From NCBI GenBank assembly GCA_903831805.1, contig CAIKZD010000009.1:145192-209191 (forward strand): 64,000 nt of DNA, written 5' to 3'. Each line of letters opens with the position of its first letter. Position 1 is the stretch's first letter. Shown here piece by piece: positions 1 through 9,514 of this stretch. The stretch comes from an uncultured bacterium. GTDB lineage: Bacteria; Patescibacteriota; Minisyncoccia; Moranbacterales; UBA2206. The position numbers and the translations under genes are program-made. The notes under the pieces are model-generated. The model did not search any database and was not told where the DNA came from. It was given only the letters and a program-made list of their open reading frames with translations.

Positions 1-983
1 ATCTCGGACCAAGTTTTTTTGACCTGCTGGTATTTATAATGAAAAATTTTTCTAGCCGCTATTCCGTAGGAAAAAAGACAACTGTTTGATCCGAAGGATG
101 ACAAGATATAGGCGTTATTCTCCATGTGGCAATTCAGATCCAGCCCGATCTTTTGCGCCAAGTTCGACTGGTCATTGCCTGACGCACCGTTATGCGTGAT
201 TGAGTAGGCAAAAATCTTCGAATTGGAAAAGCCAGTGTGCAGCTCGCTATAGAGCTGAGGAAAATTCAAAACAAACACCACCGCAAAAACCAAAATAATT
301 TTTTTCCACACTCGCCAATTTTTCTTCAAGAGATAAACAGATACCAAGAAAGAAACTGTTCCAAAAAGCAGCGCCGTGATGATGTGCAACTGCAGCCCGA
401 CTCCGCTGGCCACGCCCAATGCAGCCACCCAACCCCAGGCAGTTTTTTCTCGGTGAAGTAAAAATTCATACAGCGCCAATAAAAATAGTAAAGAAAAGAA
501 TGGCAATGAATTGGGATTCCAAGCAAAACGGGAATATTCGACGGCAAAAAATGAAACGGAAAAAAGACCGGTCAACGCCAATGACAGATTGACACTGAAA
601 ATTCTTTTCATAAAAATATAGAACAGCGGAATGGTCAGGATGGAAAAAAGCAAGTCCGGATAGGCTAGCTTATCCGGATAGTTTCCGAAAATTTTGCCGG
701 AAATGATTTGGAAATAATAGTAAATCGGCCCAAGATGAAACAGGCTATCCATGGCATCCTGCGAGCCGCGCATGGTCGGGCCAAGGAGCGGCCAAGCGGT
801 TTTTCCGGTCAAAACATCACTCGCGAGAATTGCGTCCCGCGATTGATCATTTTCAAAATCCAACCAGGCGTGAAAATTGTAGGTGCGTAGAAAAACCCCG
901 ACAAGCATTATTGCTAAAAAAATCCAAAAGCTTTTTGGCGTGTTCTTCAATCTCTCCTTGATTATGACCGCATAATTTTTCAT
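1..983 (-). CDS. GT-C polytopic membrane glycosyltransferase (ArnT/PMT-like), N-terminal ~327 codons; gene continues beyond window start
   Basis: Minus-strand ATG at 981-983 and a frame that stays open to nt 1. It is absent from the ORF track because there is no in-window stop. Hand translation MKNYAVIIKERLK...DQSRD...EYSRFAWNPNSLPFF is clearly paralogous to CDS 2186..3943. Confidence 0.6.
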   Translation of the reverse strand, partial: MKNYAVIIKERLKNTPKSFWIFLAIMLVGVFLRTYNFHAWLDFENDQSRDAILASDVLTGKTAWPLLGPTMRGSQDAMDSLFHLGPIYYYFQIISGKIFGNYPDKLAYPDLLFSILTIPLFYIFMKRIFSVNLSLALTGLFSVSFFAVEYSRFAWNPNSLPFFSLLFLLALYEFLLHREKTAWGWVAALGVASGVGLQLHIITALLFGTVSFLVSVYLLKKNWRVWKKIILVFAVVFVLNFPQLYSELHTGFSNSKIFAYSITHNGASGNDQSNLAQKIGLDLNCHMENNAYILSSFGSNSCLFSYGIAARKIFHYKYQQVKKTWSE

Positions 984-992
984 CTGTTGTTT

Positions 993-2189
993 TTAAAAAA
1001 ATATTCCAGAATGCAGAAGCATATACACCAAGCCGGACGAGAGTAATAGAAAATAGGTCACTAATACCGCTTCAACTTTAAAACTAAATTCTTTTCGTAA
1101 TAACAAAATTAGGACCAATGGCACAATTGCATAGCGCTGTTCCACGAGCCATGACGGCGCAAGTGCAGCCAGCGCAAACGGAAAAATCATCAGCGCACTT
1201 TTTTCCAGTTTCATGAGAGCTAAAGTTACGCAACCCAAAAAAATCGTGAGCGCATAAGCCCAGGCATATTGATGATAGGCAAAAAATAAAATAATATTTC
1301 GCAAAAATTTCATCTTCATATTATATTCATGCACCGCCGGCGGAAAAAGCAAGAAGGCCGCCGCCAGAATGAGACCGAGGCCCACTCCCCAGCGGATATT
1401 TTTTTCGAGTTTAATTTTTCTGACACTAGCGATAAAAACTGGCAAAAATAACACTCCGACCAAGGCCAAGAAAAAATAAATATTGCCCAAATAGAAACCG
1501 ACTTGCTGGTGGGCTCTGTCCCCGACCGCGACGCCCTTGTTCACAAAAACAAAACCAAGAAACAGAAATGCCACTAGCGCATAGCCGGCGACGCGACGCA
1601 AATGCGCCAGAATTTTTTCCGAAGAAATGACATAGCCGTTTTCTAAAACATAAGTATAGATCCACAGAAAAGCGCCCCAGACGATGTTATTCTGCCGCAC
1701 CAAAAGCGAAATGAACAAAAAAACCGCCGACCAGACATATTTTTTCCGAATGGCGAAATAGAAAGCCAACAGCACCCAGAGCAGTGAAAAAATGTCCGTA
1801 TACATCAACGGGAAATAAAAAAAAGTCACCGGCAGAAAAATATATTGCAGCGTTTTCAATCCTGGATTTTCCGCCTGAAGTTTTCGGGCGGTCAGATAGA
1901 AGATGGGAATGGAAAAAAGCGCCAGGACCAGACTGATAAGACGCAAGTGGGTCGTGCGTAAATTAGGGAAAAAATCAGCGATAGTCGCCACGGTCAAATG
2001 ATAGCCGGGCAGTGTGGTCATTTGAGAGAGCAATTCATAGTTACCTTTCATAAACCGATGAATCTGACGTAAATGATCACTTTCATCCGCATACGAACCA
2101 TCTCCCCAGAAAATCACGCCGACCCAAATGGCGATAGCCACCAGCAAAAAGAAAGCAAATCCCCAGCGTTTTTTATCCATATCTTTCAT
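993..2189 (-). CDS. polytopic membrane protein, putative GT-C glycosyltransferase with DIE2/ALG10-like N-terminal motif
   Basis: The track ORF 993..2216 begins with TTG. The first ATG (2187-2189) overlaps the upstream gene's stop as ATGA. About 10 TM helices are predicted. The motif Y-A-DE-S-D-H-L-RQI near the N-terminus resembles the Y-x-DE-x-F-H-x-PQ motif of the ALG10/DIE2 family. Family assignment is by eye only. Confidence 0.45.
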   Translation of the reverse strand: MKDMDKKRWGFAFFLLVAIAIWVGVIFWGDGSYADESDHLRQIHRFMKGNYELLSQMTTLPGYHLTVATIADFFPNLRTTHLRLISLVLALFSIPIFYLTARKLQAENPGLKTLQYIFLPVTFFYFPLMYTDIFSLLWVLLAFYFAIRKKYVWSAVFLFISLLVRQNNIVWGAFLWIYTYVLENGYVISSEKILAHLRRVAGYALVAFLFLGFVFVNKGVAVGDRAHQQVGFYLGNIYFFLALVGVLFLPVFIASVRKIKLEKNIRWGVGLGLILAAAFLLFPPAVHEYNMKMKFLRNIILFFAYHQYAWAYALTIFLGCVTLALMKLEKSALMIFPFALAALAPSWLVEQRYAIVPLVLILLLRKEFSFKVEAVLVTYFLLLSSGLVYMLLHSGIFF

Positions 2190-3943
2190 TTCTTTACCCC
2201 AAAAATATTTTTCCAATATAACCTATCCGATTCTCCCAGGCTGGAACTTTTTTTCACGTTGAAATCCGGCAGAATAGTTCGGCCTGGAAAAACCAATTCC
2301 CACACTGCAATCTGGCCGAATTGTTTTTCCGACATAACTTGGAAAGGGGCATTGATACCAATTTTATTACCCAAAGAACTGGCTTTGTAATCACTTGGCA
2401 CCACTGCGAAATATTGGGCCTCCGGATCGCCGCTGTCTAATCTAAGCGAGGAATAATAATTCAAGCTCGCATCATGCTTCCCAGAAAATAAATATTCCAA
2501 CGGCCGCACGTGTTCCGGTTTGACATAGAAATAAATTCGACTGCCAGATTGTCTTCGGGCATACATATAATCCGTTGCTCCTTGTAACTGCCCCAGCGTT
2601 ACACCATCTTTTACTTTAAGAATGAGGGTGCGCTTCACAATAGAATGCTTGATTTGAGAAGAGGCTTGTTCTTGGAACCAGGCTCGCGTCCCAACAACAT
2701 TACCGCCAATGACCGCCGCCGCCAAAATGAAAATGGCCATCGGATAGAATTTATGGCGACTCTCTTCCAAGGCTTCAAAAATAAAACCCAGTAGGATAAA
2801 AGGCACGGCGAAAGTGAAGATGAAAAAGCGCGGCCGGATATTATATGACAGCGGAATACACAGCACGAAAAAAACGCTCACCCATAAGAAAATAACCATC
2901 AAAAAATCTTTCTTTTCTTGACTGAGATTACCTCGAATAAATTTTTTAGCAATACAATAAAGACCGCCCAAAAAAATAGCGAGCGTGAACAAGATTGGCA
3001 CATAACTGGTAGACGTAAGATTCTGCGGATAGAGATAGCTAGTAGTAATCATGGTGTAATTACTAAGTTGTTCGTTGAGATTCATCGTAAATTTATCCAA
3101 GAAAGGTTTTTTGACCGGCTTGGAACTGAGGGCCTCGATGAAATCTTTAGTGTTAGCGCCATGCTTGATGGTGTCGCTAATAATGACGGGCGTATAAAAA
3201 ACTAGGAATACTGCCAGGGCCGTGGCGACTGAAAGTAGAATTTTTTTGAGAATATCTTTTTGAAAAATTTTGGCAATATTATTTTTTTGCCAAAGGACAT
3301 AATGATAAATGATTAAAAGACCTGAGACGCCGATGAGACAGAAGAAACCGACAAAATGCAATTGTGATCCGATAGTGAGACCAAGCGACCAGAGAGCCAC
3401 CCACACAACGCGCCATTTTTCCTCTTTGGCATTCAGCAACTTAAGCAGGGCCAAAAAACTCAGAATCGTGAAAAAAGGCAATGAGTTCGGATTCCAAGCG
3501 AAACGAGAATACTCGATAATGATATAGGCGAAGGCATACATCGCAATAATCAGCAGCGACACATAACGCTTGAAATAGTAACGCGCAAAAACATAGAGCA
3601 ATGGCAGGACCATCACCCCGAAGAATAGATCCGGATAGGCAAATACCTCTGGCGAAGTGGAATGGAAAATGACGCCGGACAGATATTGGAAATAGTAGAA
3701 CACTGGCCCAAGATGCAAAAAACCATATTTCACTTTGGTCGCACCGGCGCGCGCCCCGAGGAGCGGCAAATTGCCCGGACCGTTGGTGACCGCACTGGAA
3801 ATGGTGAAGGCATCGCGCGACTGATCCATCTTGAAATAGAGCCAGTCATGAAAATGGTAGAACCGCACCGCAAAAGCCCCTAGCATAATAGCGAGGACAA
3901 TGGCGGGAATGACATATTTTTTCCGGAGGAAATTTTCAAGCAT
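2186..3943 (-). CDS. GT-C polytopic membrane glycosyltransferase (ArnT/PMT-like) with C-terminal extracytoplasmic domain
   Basis: 585 aa. A multi-TM N-terminal ~400 aa region carries an acidic DQSRD loop motif. The C-terminal ~180 aa is soluble. Paralog of the truncated CDS 1..983. Confidence 0.6.
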   Translation of the reverse strand: MLENFLRKKYVIPAIVLAIMLGAFAVRFYHFHDWLYFKMDQSRDAFTISSAVTNGPGNLPLLGARAGATKVKYGFLHLGPVFYYFQYLSGVIFHSTSPEVFAYPDLFFGVMVLPLLYVFARYYFKRYVSLLIIAMYAFAYIIIEYSRFAWNPNSLPFFTILSFLALLKLLNAKEEKWRVVWVALWSLGLTIGSQLHFVGFFCLIGVSGLLIIYHYVLWQKNNIAKIFQKDILKKILLSVATALAVFLVFYTPVIISDTIKHGANTKDFIEALSSKPVKKPFLDKFTMNLNEQLSNYTMITTSYLYPQNLTSTSYVPILFTLAIFLGGLYCIAKKFIRGNLSQEKKDFLMVIFLWVSVFFVLCIPLSYNIRPRFFIFTFAVPFILLGFIFEALEESRHKFYPMAIFILAAAVIGGNVVGTRAWFQEQASSQIKHSIVKRTLILKVKDGVTLGQLQGATDYMYARRQSGSRIYFYVKPEHVRPLEYLFSGKHDASLNYYSSLRLDSGDPEAQYFAVVPSDYKASSLGNKIGINAPFQVMSEKQFGQIAVWELVFPGRTILPDFNVKKSSSLGESDRLYWKNIFGVKK

Positions 3944-4053
3944 ATTCCAATATTATTATAGAAACAAAAAAGACGCAATGCCTGTTTTTCTTTACTGAAA
4001 CTTGAATTATGATATACTTAATCTATCTACATTTAGTCATCTAAACCAATCAT

Positions 4054-4992
4054 ATGAAATCAATTTCCATCATAATTCCGGCTTATAACGAGGAGAAAAA
4101 CATTCCCTTAGTATACCAGGAACTGAAAAAGGTTTTTGTCAAATGCCCAGACTATACTTTTGACATCTTGTTTGTCAACGATGGCAGTGCTGACGGCACC
4201 CTGGCCGCCATTGAAAAATTGGCGGCAGCTGATCAGGCTGTGCACTACCTCGACTTTACACGTAATTTCGGCAAAGAAGTCGCCACCACCGCGGCCTTGA
4301 ACAATTGCCAGGGCGACGCCTGCATATTAGTCGACGCCGATCTGCAGCACCCTGTCGAACTTATCCCAACATTCATCAAAAGTTGGGAAGCTGGTTTTGA
4401 AGTGGTCGTGGGCGTCAGGAATAAAAATAAAAGCGTGGGCATACTGAAAAAAATCGGCTCAGCCATATTCTATAAAATAATTAACCAGATCGCGGAAGTC
4501 AAAGTGGTCCCCAACGCCACGGATTTCCGCTTGCTCGACCGCGCCGTCATCCACGAATTCAATCACTTCACCGAAACCAATCGCATGACACGCGCCCTCA
4601 TTGATTGGCTGGGCTTCCGCAGGGACTATATTCATTTCGACGCCAACGAAAGACTGCACGGTGATGCCAGCTATAGCTTTTGGAAACTTTTCCGCCTAGC
4701 GCTCAACAGCTTCGTATCATTAAGCCTCTTACCCCTGAAACTGGCGGGCAATTTAGGCATCGTCATCACTCTTGTCGCAGGCGTTTCCGGCTTCTACATC
4801 CTGCTGGGGAAATATTTCTTCCATTGGCACTTCGCCGCGACGTTTTCCGATTCAGAAAATTTGGCCATCTTGATCTTATTCCTAGTAGGAATTATCTTGA
4901 TGTCCATCGGGCTCCTAGCGCTCTACATCGCCAATATCCACAGTGAGGTCATCCGTCGACCGATGTATGTGATCCGGAAGAAAAAAGCATAA
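4054..4992 (+). CDS. GT2 polyprenyl-phosphate sugar synthase (GtrB/ArnC/Dpm1-like)
   Basis: 312 aa. IIIPAYNEE...VNDGSAD...VDADLQHP GT-A signature, followed by two C-terminal TM helices typical of GtrB/ArnC. Confidence 0.8.
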   Translation: MKSISIIIPAYNEEKNIPLVYQELKKVFVKCPDYTFDILFVNDGSADGTLAAIEKLAAADQAVHYLDFTRNFGKEVATTAALNNCQGDACILVDADLQHPVELIPTFIKSWEAGFEVVVGVRNKNKSVGILKKIGSAIFYKIINQIAEVKVVPNATDFRLLDRAVIHEFNHFTETNRMTRALIDWLGFRRDYIHFDANERLHGDASYSFWKLFRLALNSFVSLSLLPLKLAGNLGIVITLVAGVSGFYILLGKYFFHWHFAATFSDSENLAILILFLVGIILMSIGLLALYIANIHSEVIRRPMYVIRKKKA

Positions 4993-5017
4993 TCATATTA
5001 AAAATTTTTCAAGTTTT

Positions 5018-6940
5018 ATGTTCCATAAGAAAAACACCCTTGTTTTTGCAGTTATTTCAATCGTCCTGGCTGCCAATCTGTCCTTTGCCTTGCCACGCAT
5101 CGCTAAATATTCCTCTGTGGACGAGCCCTATTGGACTTATGGCCGTATTGCCAAATTCTGGACCGCCGTCTCCCAACAAAACTGGAGAGGCACTAACATC
5201 AATGACAAGCCCGGCATCACCACTGCCATCCTGGCCGGCCCGGGCCTTTTGGCCATTGACCCGATGCCCTACAAATCACTCCGCGAACAAGTCAAAAGTC
5301 CAGCCACCATCGCCGCCATTCGAAAAATAAACTTTTCTTTCCGCCTGCCGATCTATCTCATGAGTTTGATCTTTTTCCTCTTGTTTTATGTTTTTTTGAA
5401 AAAACTTTTCGGCACCGCCATAGCGCTCTTGTCGCTCATCTTCATCGGACTTTCCCCCATCCTCATTGGCATTTCCCTCATTATCAACCCCGACTCACTC
5501 CTTTGGGGCTTTCTGCCGCTCGCCATCCTTGCCTATTTGATCCACCAGAAAGAATCGGCTGAAAACGAAAAAAGCGAAAAGATAAATTTTGCGGACACCC
5601 CGCCAGGAAAAATAATTTGGCGCATCATAAAAGAAAAGAAATATTTACTGATGGCCGGACTATTTTTAGGTCTGTCTATCCTGACCAAATATGTCGCTAA
5701 CATTTTATATGTCTATCTGCTCGGCCTACTTTTCCTGGAATATATCTACAATTTTCACGCTAAAAAAAATCCAGCCGCCTATCTCAAAAAGGCCATATTT
5801 GAATATCTAGCCGTCATAGTCGTGTCCATGCTCGTCTTCTTCCTGCTTTTTCCGGCTTGTTGGCATACGCCCAGCATGGTCCTGGGTGGCACCTTCCTCA
5901 GTCTGGCTTTCAAATCCACCTGGCCGCTTTTTGCCGGATTTCTCGGTTTGATTTTGGCCGATTTGCTACTTCTAAAAAGTTTTTTCGCAGAAGCCGTTCT
6001 GAATTTTTTAGCCAAACACAAAAATCTATTCAAAAAATTATTCAGCACCCTACTTCTCCTTGGCACGATTTTTGTTTTTGTAAATGTCTACAGAGGCATG
6101 CGATTCATAGATTTTGAAGCGACCGTGGCATCGCCCAAAGGTGGCAGCGGACTGGACCCGCTCAGATTTATCTCAGAACTTTCGGCCAATCTCTATGTCC
6201 TCATCTTCAGTCTCACGCCTTTGGTCTTTCTTTTTTTCCTTTGGGCCATTTTCGTCAACGCCTTCCGAAAAGCAGAACTTGCCACCAGAGAATCTACCGT
6301 CGTCTTGTATTTCTCTATTTTCATCGTGCTCTACTATATCGCTTCGGAAGTTAATCATGTCGTGGCCACCACGCGCTACCAGATTGTTATCTTCCCGATG
6401 GCAGGAATCATGGCCGCCATCGGCTTAAAACAATTCCTCTCGCAGTTTCCCTGGGGAAGCCTGACCTTGCCTACGCACCGTTACTGGACTTATGCGACGA
6501 CCATCCTGCTCTCCGTATTCAGCTTGTATCTCATCTCGCCCTTCTTCTTCAACTATGCCAGCCTACTCCTGCCGCAAAAATACGTCCTTAATCTTAAAGA
6601 CATGGGCGACGGCAGTTATGAAGCGGCGCAATTTCTCAACACTTTGCCGGATGCCAAAAACATCACCATTTGGTCAGATAAAGGCGCGGTATGTGAAACT
6701 TTTGCCGGCACTTGCAAAGTCAGTTTCAGCCGGAAAGACACGGAGGGCATTGCTTTTAAATATTTTGTCGTGTCCACCGGCCGAAAAAGTCGTTCCCTCA
6801 AAATGTCCTCCCCCTTCAACAGTTCAGTGGATTTCAAAAAATTATATTCCTCGGAAGAATCGGGAATTTTCCGCATCAACATTGGCGGACGAGCCAACGA
6901 CTTCGTCAAGGTGGTCCCGATTGAACACATAGCAAAATAA
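5018..6940 (+). CDS. GT-C polytopic membrane glycosyltransferase (GT39/PMT-like)
   Basis: 640 aa. Many TM helices. SVDEPYW acidic motif in the first external loop. Large C-terminal soluble domain. Confidence 0.5.
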   Translation: MFHKKNTLVFAVISIVLAANLSFALPRIAKYSSVDEPYWTYGRIAKFWTAVSQQNWRGTNINDKPGITTAILAGPGLLAIDPMPYKSLREQVKSPATIAAIRKINFSFRLPIYLMSLIFFLLFYVFLKKLFGTAIALLSLIFIGLSPILIGISLIINPDSLLWGFLPLAILAYLIHQKESAENEKSEKINFADTPPGKIIWRIIKEKKYLLMAGLFLGLSILTKYVANILYVYLLGLLFLEYIYNFHAKKNPAAYLKKAIFEYLAVIVVSMLVFFLLFPACWHTPSMVLGGTFLSLAFKSTWPLFAGFLGLILADLLLLKSFFAEAVLNFLAKHKNLFKKLFSTLLLLGTIFVFVNVYRGMRFIDFEATVASPKGGSGLDPLRFISELSANLYVLIFSLTPLVFLFFLWAIFVNAFRKAELATRESTVVLYFSIFIVLYYIASEVNHVVATTRYQIVIFPMAGIMAAIGLKQFLSQFPWGSLTLPTHRYWTYATTILLSVFSLYLISPFFFNYASLLLPQKYVLNLKDMGDGSYEAAQFLNTLPDAKNITIWSDKGAVCETFAGTCKVSFSRKDTEGIAFKYFVVSTGRKSRSLKMSSPFNSSVDFKKLYSSEESGIFRINIGGRANDFVKVVPIEHIAK

Positions 6941-6954
6941 CCAATCTGCGGCTT

Positions 6955-8568
6955 ATGGTGCCCTTACGTCATTACAAAAAAATCATCTTCTTCTCGGCCA
7001 TAACTTTAGTCGTGCTGGGTAATTTATTCTTAGTCACAAGAAGTAATCGTGCCATCAGCGTCCCCCAAAAATATCTCTCGCAGGAAGATGGCATCATTCT
7101 TCCGAAAACACTCGTGCCCACGCCTTTCGCTGATTCTTTGAATATAATCGAGACACACTTCCCCGATCGAACCTGCAACATCGCCGATTATGGCGCGGTA
7201 CCGGGAGGGCAAGTTAAAAATACGCAAAGTTTCGCTAAAGCAATTTCCGCTTGCTCGGAGCAGGGCGGAGGAAAAGTCGTGGTTGGCCCAGGCGTTTGGC
7301 TCAGCGGCCCGATAAGGCTTGAAAGTAATATTGATTTAGAAATTCAAAAAGATGCCACACTATTATTCAGCACCGACTTCTCCGATTATTTACCCCCGGT
7401 TTTTTCCCGCTTTGAAGGCGTCGAATATTACAACTATGCCCCACCAATTTACGCCAACAATGCCGAAAATATCGCTATCACCGGAGAGGGAACCTTGAAT
7501 GGCCAAGGCGAGGCGTGGTGGAATTTTTCCGGCAACACTTCCATTGTTAAATTATATGCGATGGGAGAAAGTAATCTACCTGTCGATCATCGCATTTTTG
7601 CGACCGCCAAAGACGGCTTGCGTCCAAGCTTCATCGAATTTGTCAATTGCAACCGGATTTTTCTTTCCGATGTGTCAATCCTAAGAGGTCCGATGTGGAC
7701 TATCCACCCCCTTTACAGCCAAAATATCATCATAAAAAATGTAACCGTCAACACCGCTCCCGGCCCCAGTACGGACGGCATCGTGATCGATTCTTCGCAA
7801 AACGTCCTGGTCGACAATGCCACCCTGTCCACCGGCGACGATGCTATCGTCATCAAATCCGGCCGCGACAATGACGGACGCCGGGTCAACTTGCCTTCAA
7901 AAAATATTGTTTTGCAAAATATCATCATTAATGATGCGCACGGCGCCATCGCCCTCGGCAGTGAAATGTCCGGCAACATAAGCAATGTTTTGGCACAAAA
8001 TTTCACCATTGCCAACGCTCAATATGCTTTTCGCGTCAAATCCAATCAACAACGCGGCGGCACTGCGGAAAATATTTGGATCAAGGATCTGAAAATAAAC
8101 TCCTTGAGTGAGGCGCTCATCCAGCTGGACACCTATTACGAAAGAAGAGTCACCGGCTACACTAATTTCCCACCTGTTTTTCGCAATATCAACATCGACG
8201 GCGTAACTTGCAAAAATACAATCGGTTCCATTAATATTTTCGGACTCTCAGAGAATACTGAGGCTATTAACAATCTTAGCCTAAGGAACATCGCCATTCA
8301 AAAGGCCAGAAGCGGCATGGATATCAATGATGTCCAAGGCATTAATTTTGAAAATGTGTCCATCAATTCTAAATATGGCCCGATTCTCGACGTGAAGGAT
8401 TCGCAAGACGTCACAGTTTCAAATTTCACCTGCCAGAACCCCCGCCTCACCTGTTTCCATATCGGAGGAATAAACACCAAGCACATTATCTTGGACCAAA
8501 AGAATAGCAGTCTGGCTATTGAGAAAGAAGTGTCCAAGAATGAAATAATTACGCCTGCTGCTAACTAG
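6955..8568 (+). CDS. membrane-anchored glycoside hydrolase family 28-like (polygalacturonase-type right-handed beta-helix)
   Basis: 537 aa with an N-terminal TM anchor. Motifs STDGI, TGDDAI, AHGAIALGSE and FRVKS match the GH28 NTD / GDD / G-HG / RIK pattern. Confidence 0.55.
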   Translation: MVPLRHYKKIIFFSAITLVVLGNLFLVTRSNRAISVPQKYLSQEDGIILPKTLVPTPFADSLNIIETHFPDRTCNIADYGAVPGGQVKNTQSFAKAISACSEQGGGKVVVGPGVWLSGPIRLESNIDLEIQKDATLLFSTDFSDYLPPVFSRFEGVEYYNYAPPIYANNAENIAITGEGTLNGQGEAWWNFSGNTSIVKLYAMGESNLPVDHRIFATAKDGLRPSFIEFVNCNRIFLSDVSILRGPMWTIHPLYSQNIIIKNVTVNTAPGPSTDGIVIDSSQNVLVDNATLSTGDDAIVIKSGRDNDGRRVNLPSKNIVLQNIIINDAHGAIALGSEMSGNISNVLAQNFTIANAQYAFRVKSNQQRGGTAENIWIKDLKINSLSEALIQLDTYYERRVTGYTNFPPVFRNINIDGVTCKNTIGSINIFGLSENTEAINNLSLRNIAIQKARSGMDINDVQGINFENVSINSKYGPILDVKDSQDVTVSNFTCQNPRLTCFHIGGINTKHIILDQKNSSLAIEKEVSKNEIITPAAN

Positions 8569-8581
8569 TTGACGCAGTAAA

Positions 8582-9514
8582 TTATTTACGCGCGCGCAGA
8601 TAGACTGGCAGAGCAAAAAAGCTGATAAGCATTTGAACAAAGCGACTGATAATGGCCACGGTCACAGCCGCCGAGGCACTCACCCCGAAAGCGCCAAAAA
8701 AAGCGATGTAGGTCCATTCTTTGATTCCAATATTGTTAATACTGATCGGAATGGAAGAGACAATGCTGATGAGAAAAATGGCTGACAGATAATCCGCCAG
8801 TCCGATTTTTATCCCCAGCGCCGCAAAAAGGATGTAATTAGCCAGAGCCACGCCGATAAAATAAAAAGCGAAAGACAAAACAGTTACTCGTCTCAAGATG
8901 TTGCTATCATTATTATACGTACCCAGATCAATCATAAACGCCACCACTTTGTCCGGGAAATATTTTTTGAAGCGCGCCCAAAAAGACTTTTTGCGCAGTT
9001 TCATAATGAGAATGTCGACCAAAAAAGAAAGGGCCACCAGGAGATTGGCAATGACCAATGTTCGGCTGCCGAGGACGTGGCTAAGATTAAGCACGGTGAA
9101 AAAAATCGTCAAAATAGTGGCCCCGAGAAGACCGGTGATGCGATCCATCATAACAGACGAGGCCGCTTCCAGATATCTATTTTGCGCCTTACCGGTCTCA
9201 TACGCTTTGAAAGTGTCGCCTCCGATAAAAGACGGCATGAAATTATTAATGAACGTCCCGGTCAAATAGTATTTGAAAAAATCGCCGAAAGATAGTTCGA
9301 TTTCTTTGTAGTTGGCCAAGACTTTCCATTTGTAAGCGCAAATAACCATACCCAGAAGAACCGCTAGAATATAGGCCAGCATAAACGGCCATTTGATCGA
9401 TTCAAAATTTTTGAGCACGTTCAACCAATCTACCTTAAAAATCACCCAAAACAAAAAAAAGGCACTGATAATCAGCTTTAGAATTATTTTGATATATTTT
9501 TTAAATATTTTCAT
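8582..9514 (-). CDS. flippase-like membrane protein (LPG-synthase TM / UPF0104-type)
   Basis: 310 aa, 8 TM helices. TFINNFMPSFIGGDTFKAY block typical of the LPG_synthase_TM family, which is commonly paired with GtrB-like GT2 enzymes. Confidence 0.55.
   Translation of the reverse strand: MKIFKKYIKIILKLIISAFFLFWVIFKVDWLNVLKNFESIKWPFMLAYILAVLLGMVICAYKWKVLANYKEIELSFGDFFKYYLTGTFINNFMPSFIGGDTFKAYETGKAQNRYLEAASSVMMDRITGLLGATILTIFFTVLNLSHVLGSRTLVIANLLVALSFLVDILIMKLRKKSFWARFKKYFPDKVVAFMIDLGTYNNDSNILRRVTVLSFAFYFIGVALANYILFAALGIKIGLADYLSAIFLISIVSSIPISINNIGIKEWTYIAFFGAFGVSASAAVTVAIISRFVQMLISFFALPVYLRARK

Noticed and set aside
237-890. Track ORFs 237..461(+), 247..432(-), 326..547(-) and 708..890(+)
   Set aside because: They lie inside or antisense to the long open frame of the truncated GT-C gene (1..983, minus strand). 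They are the wrong frame or strand of a real gene.
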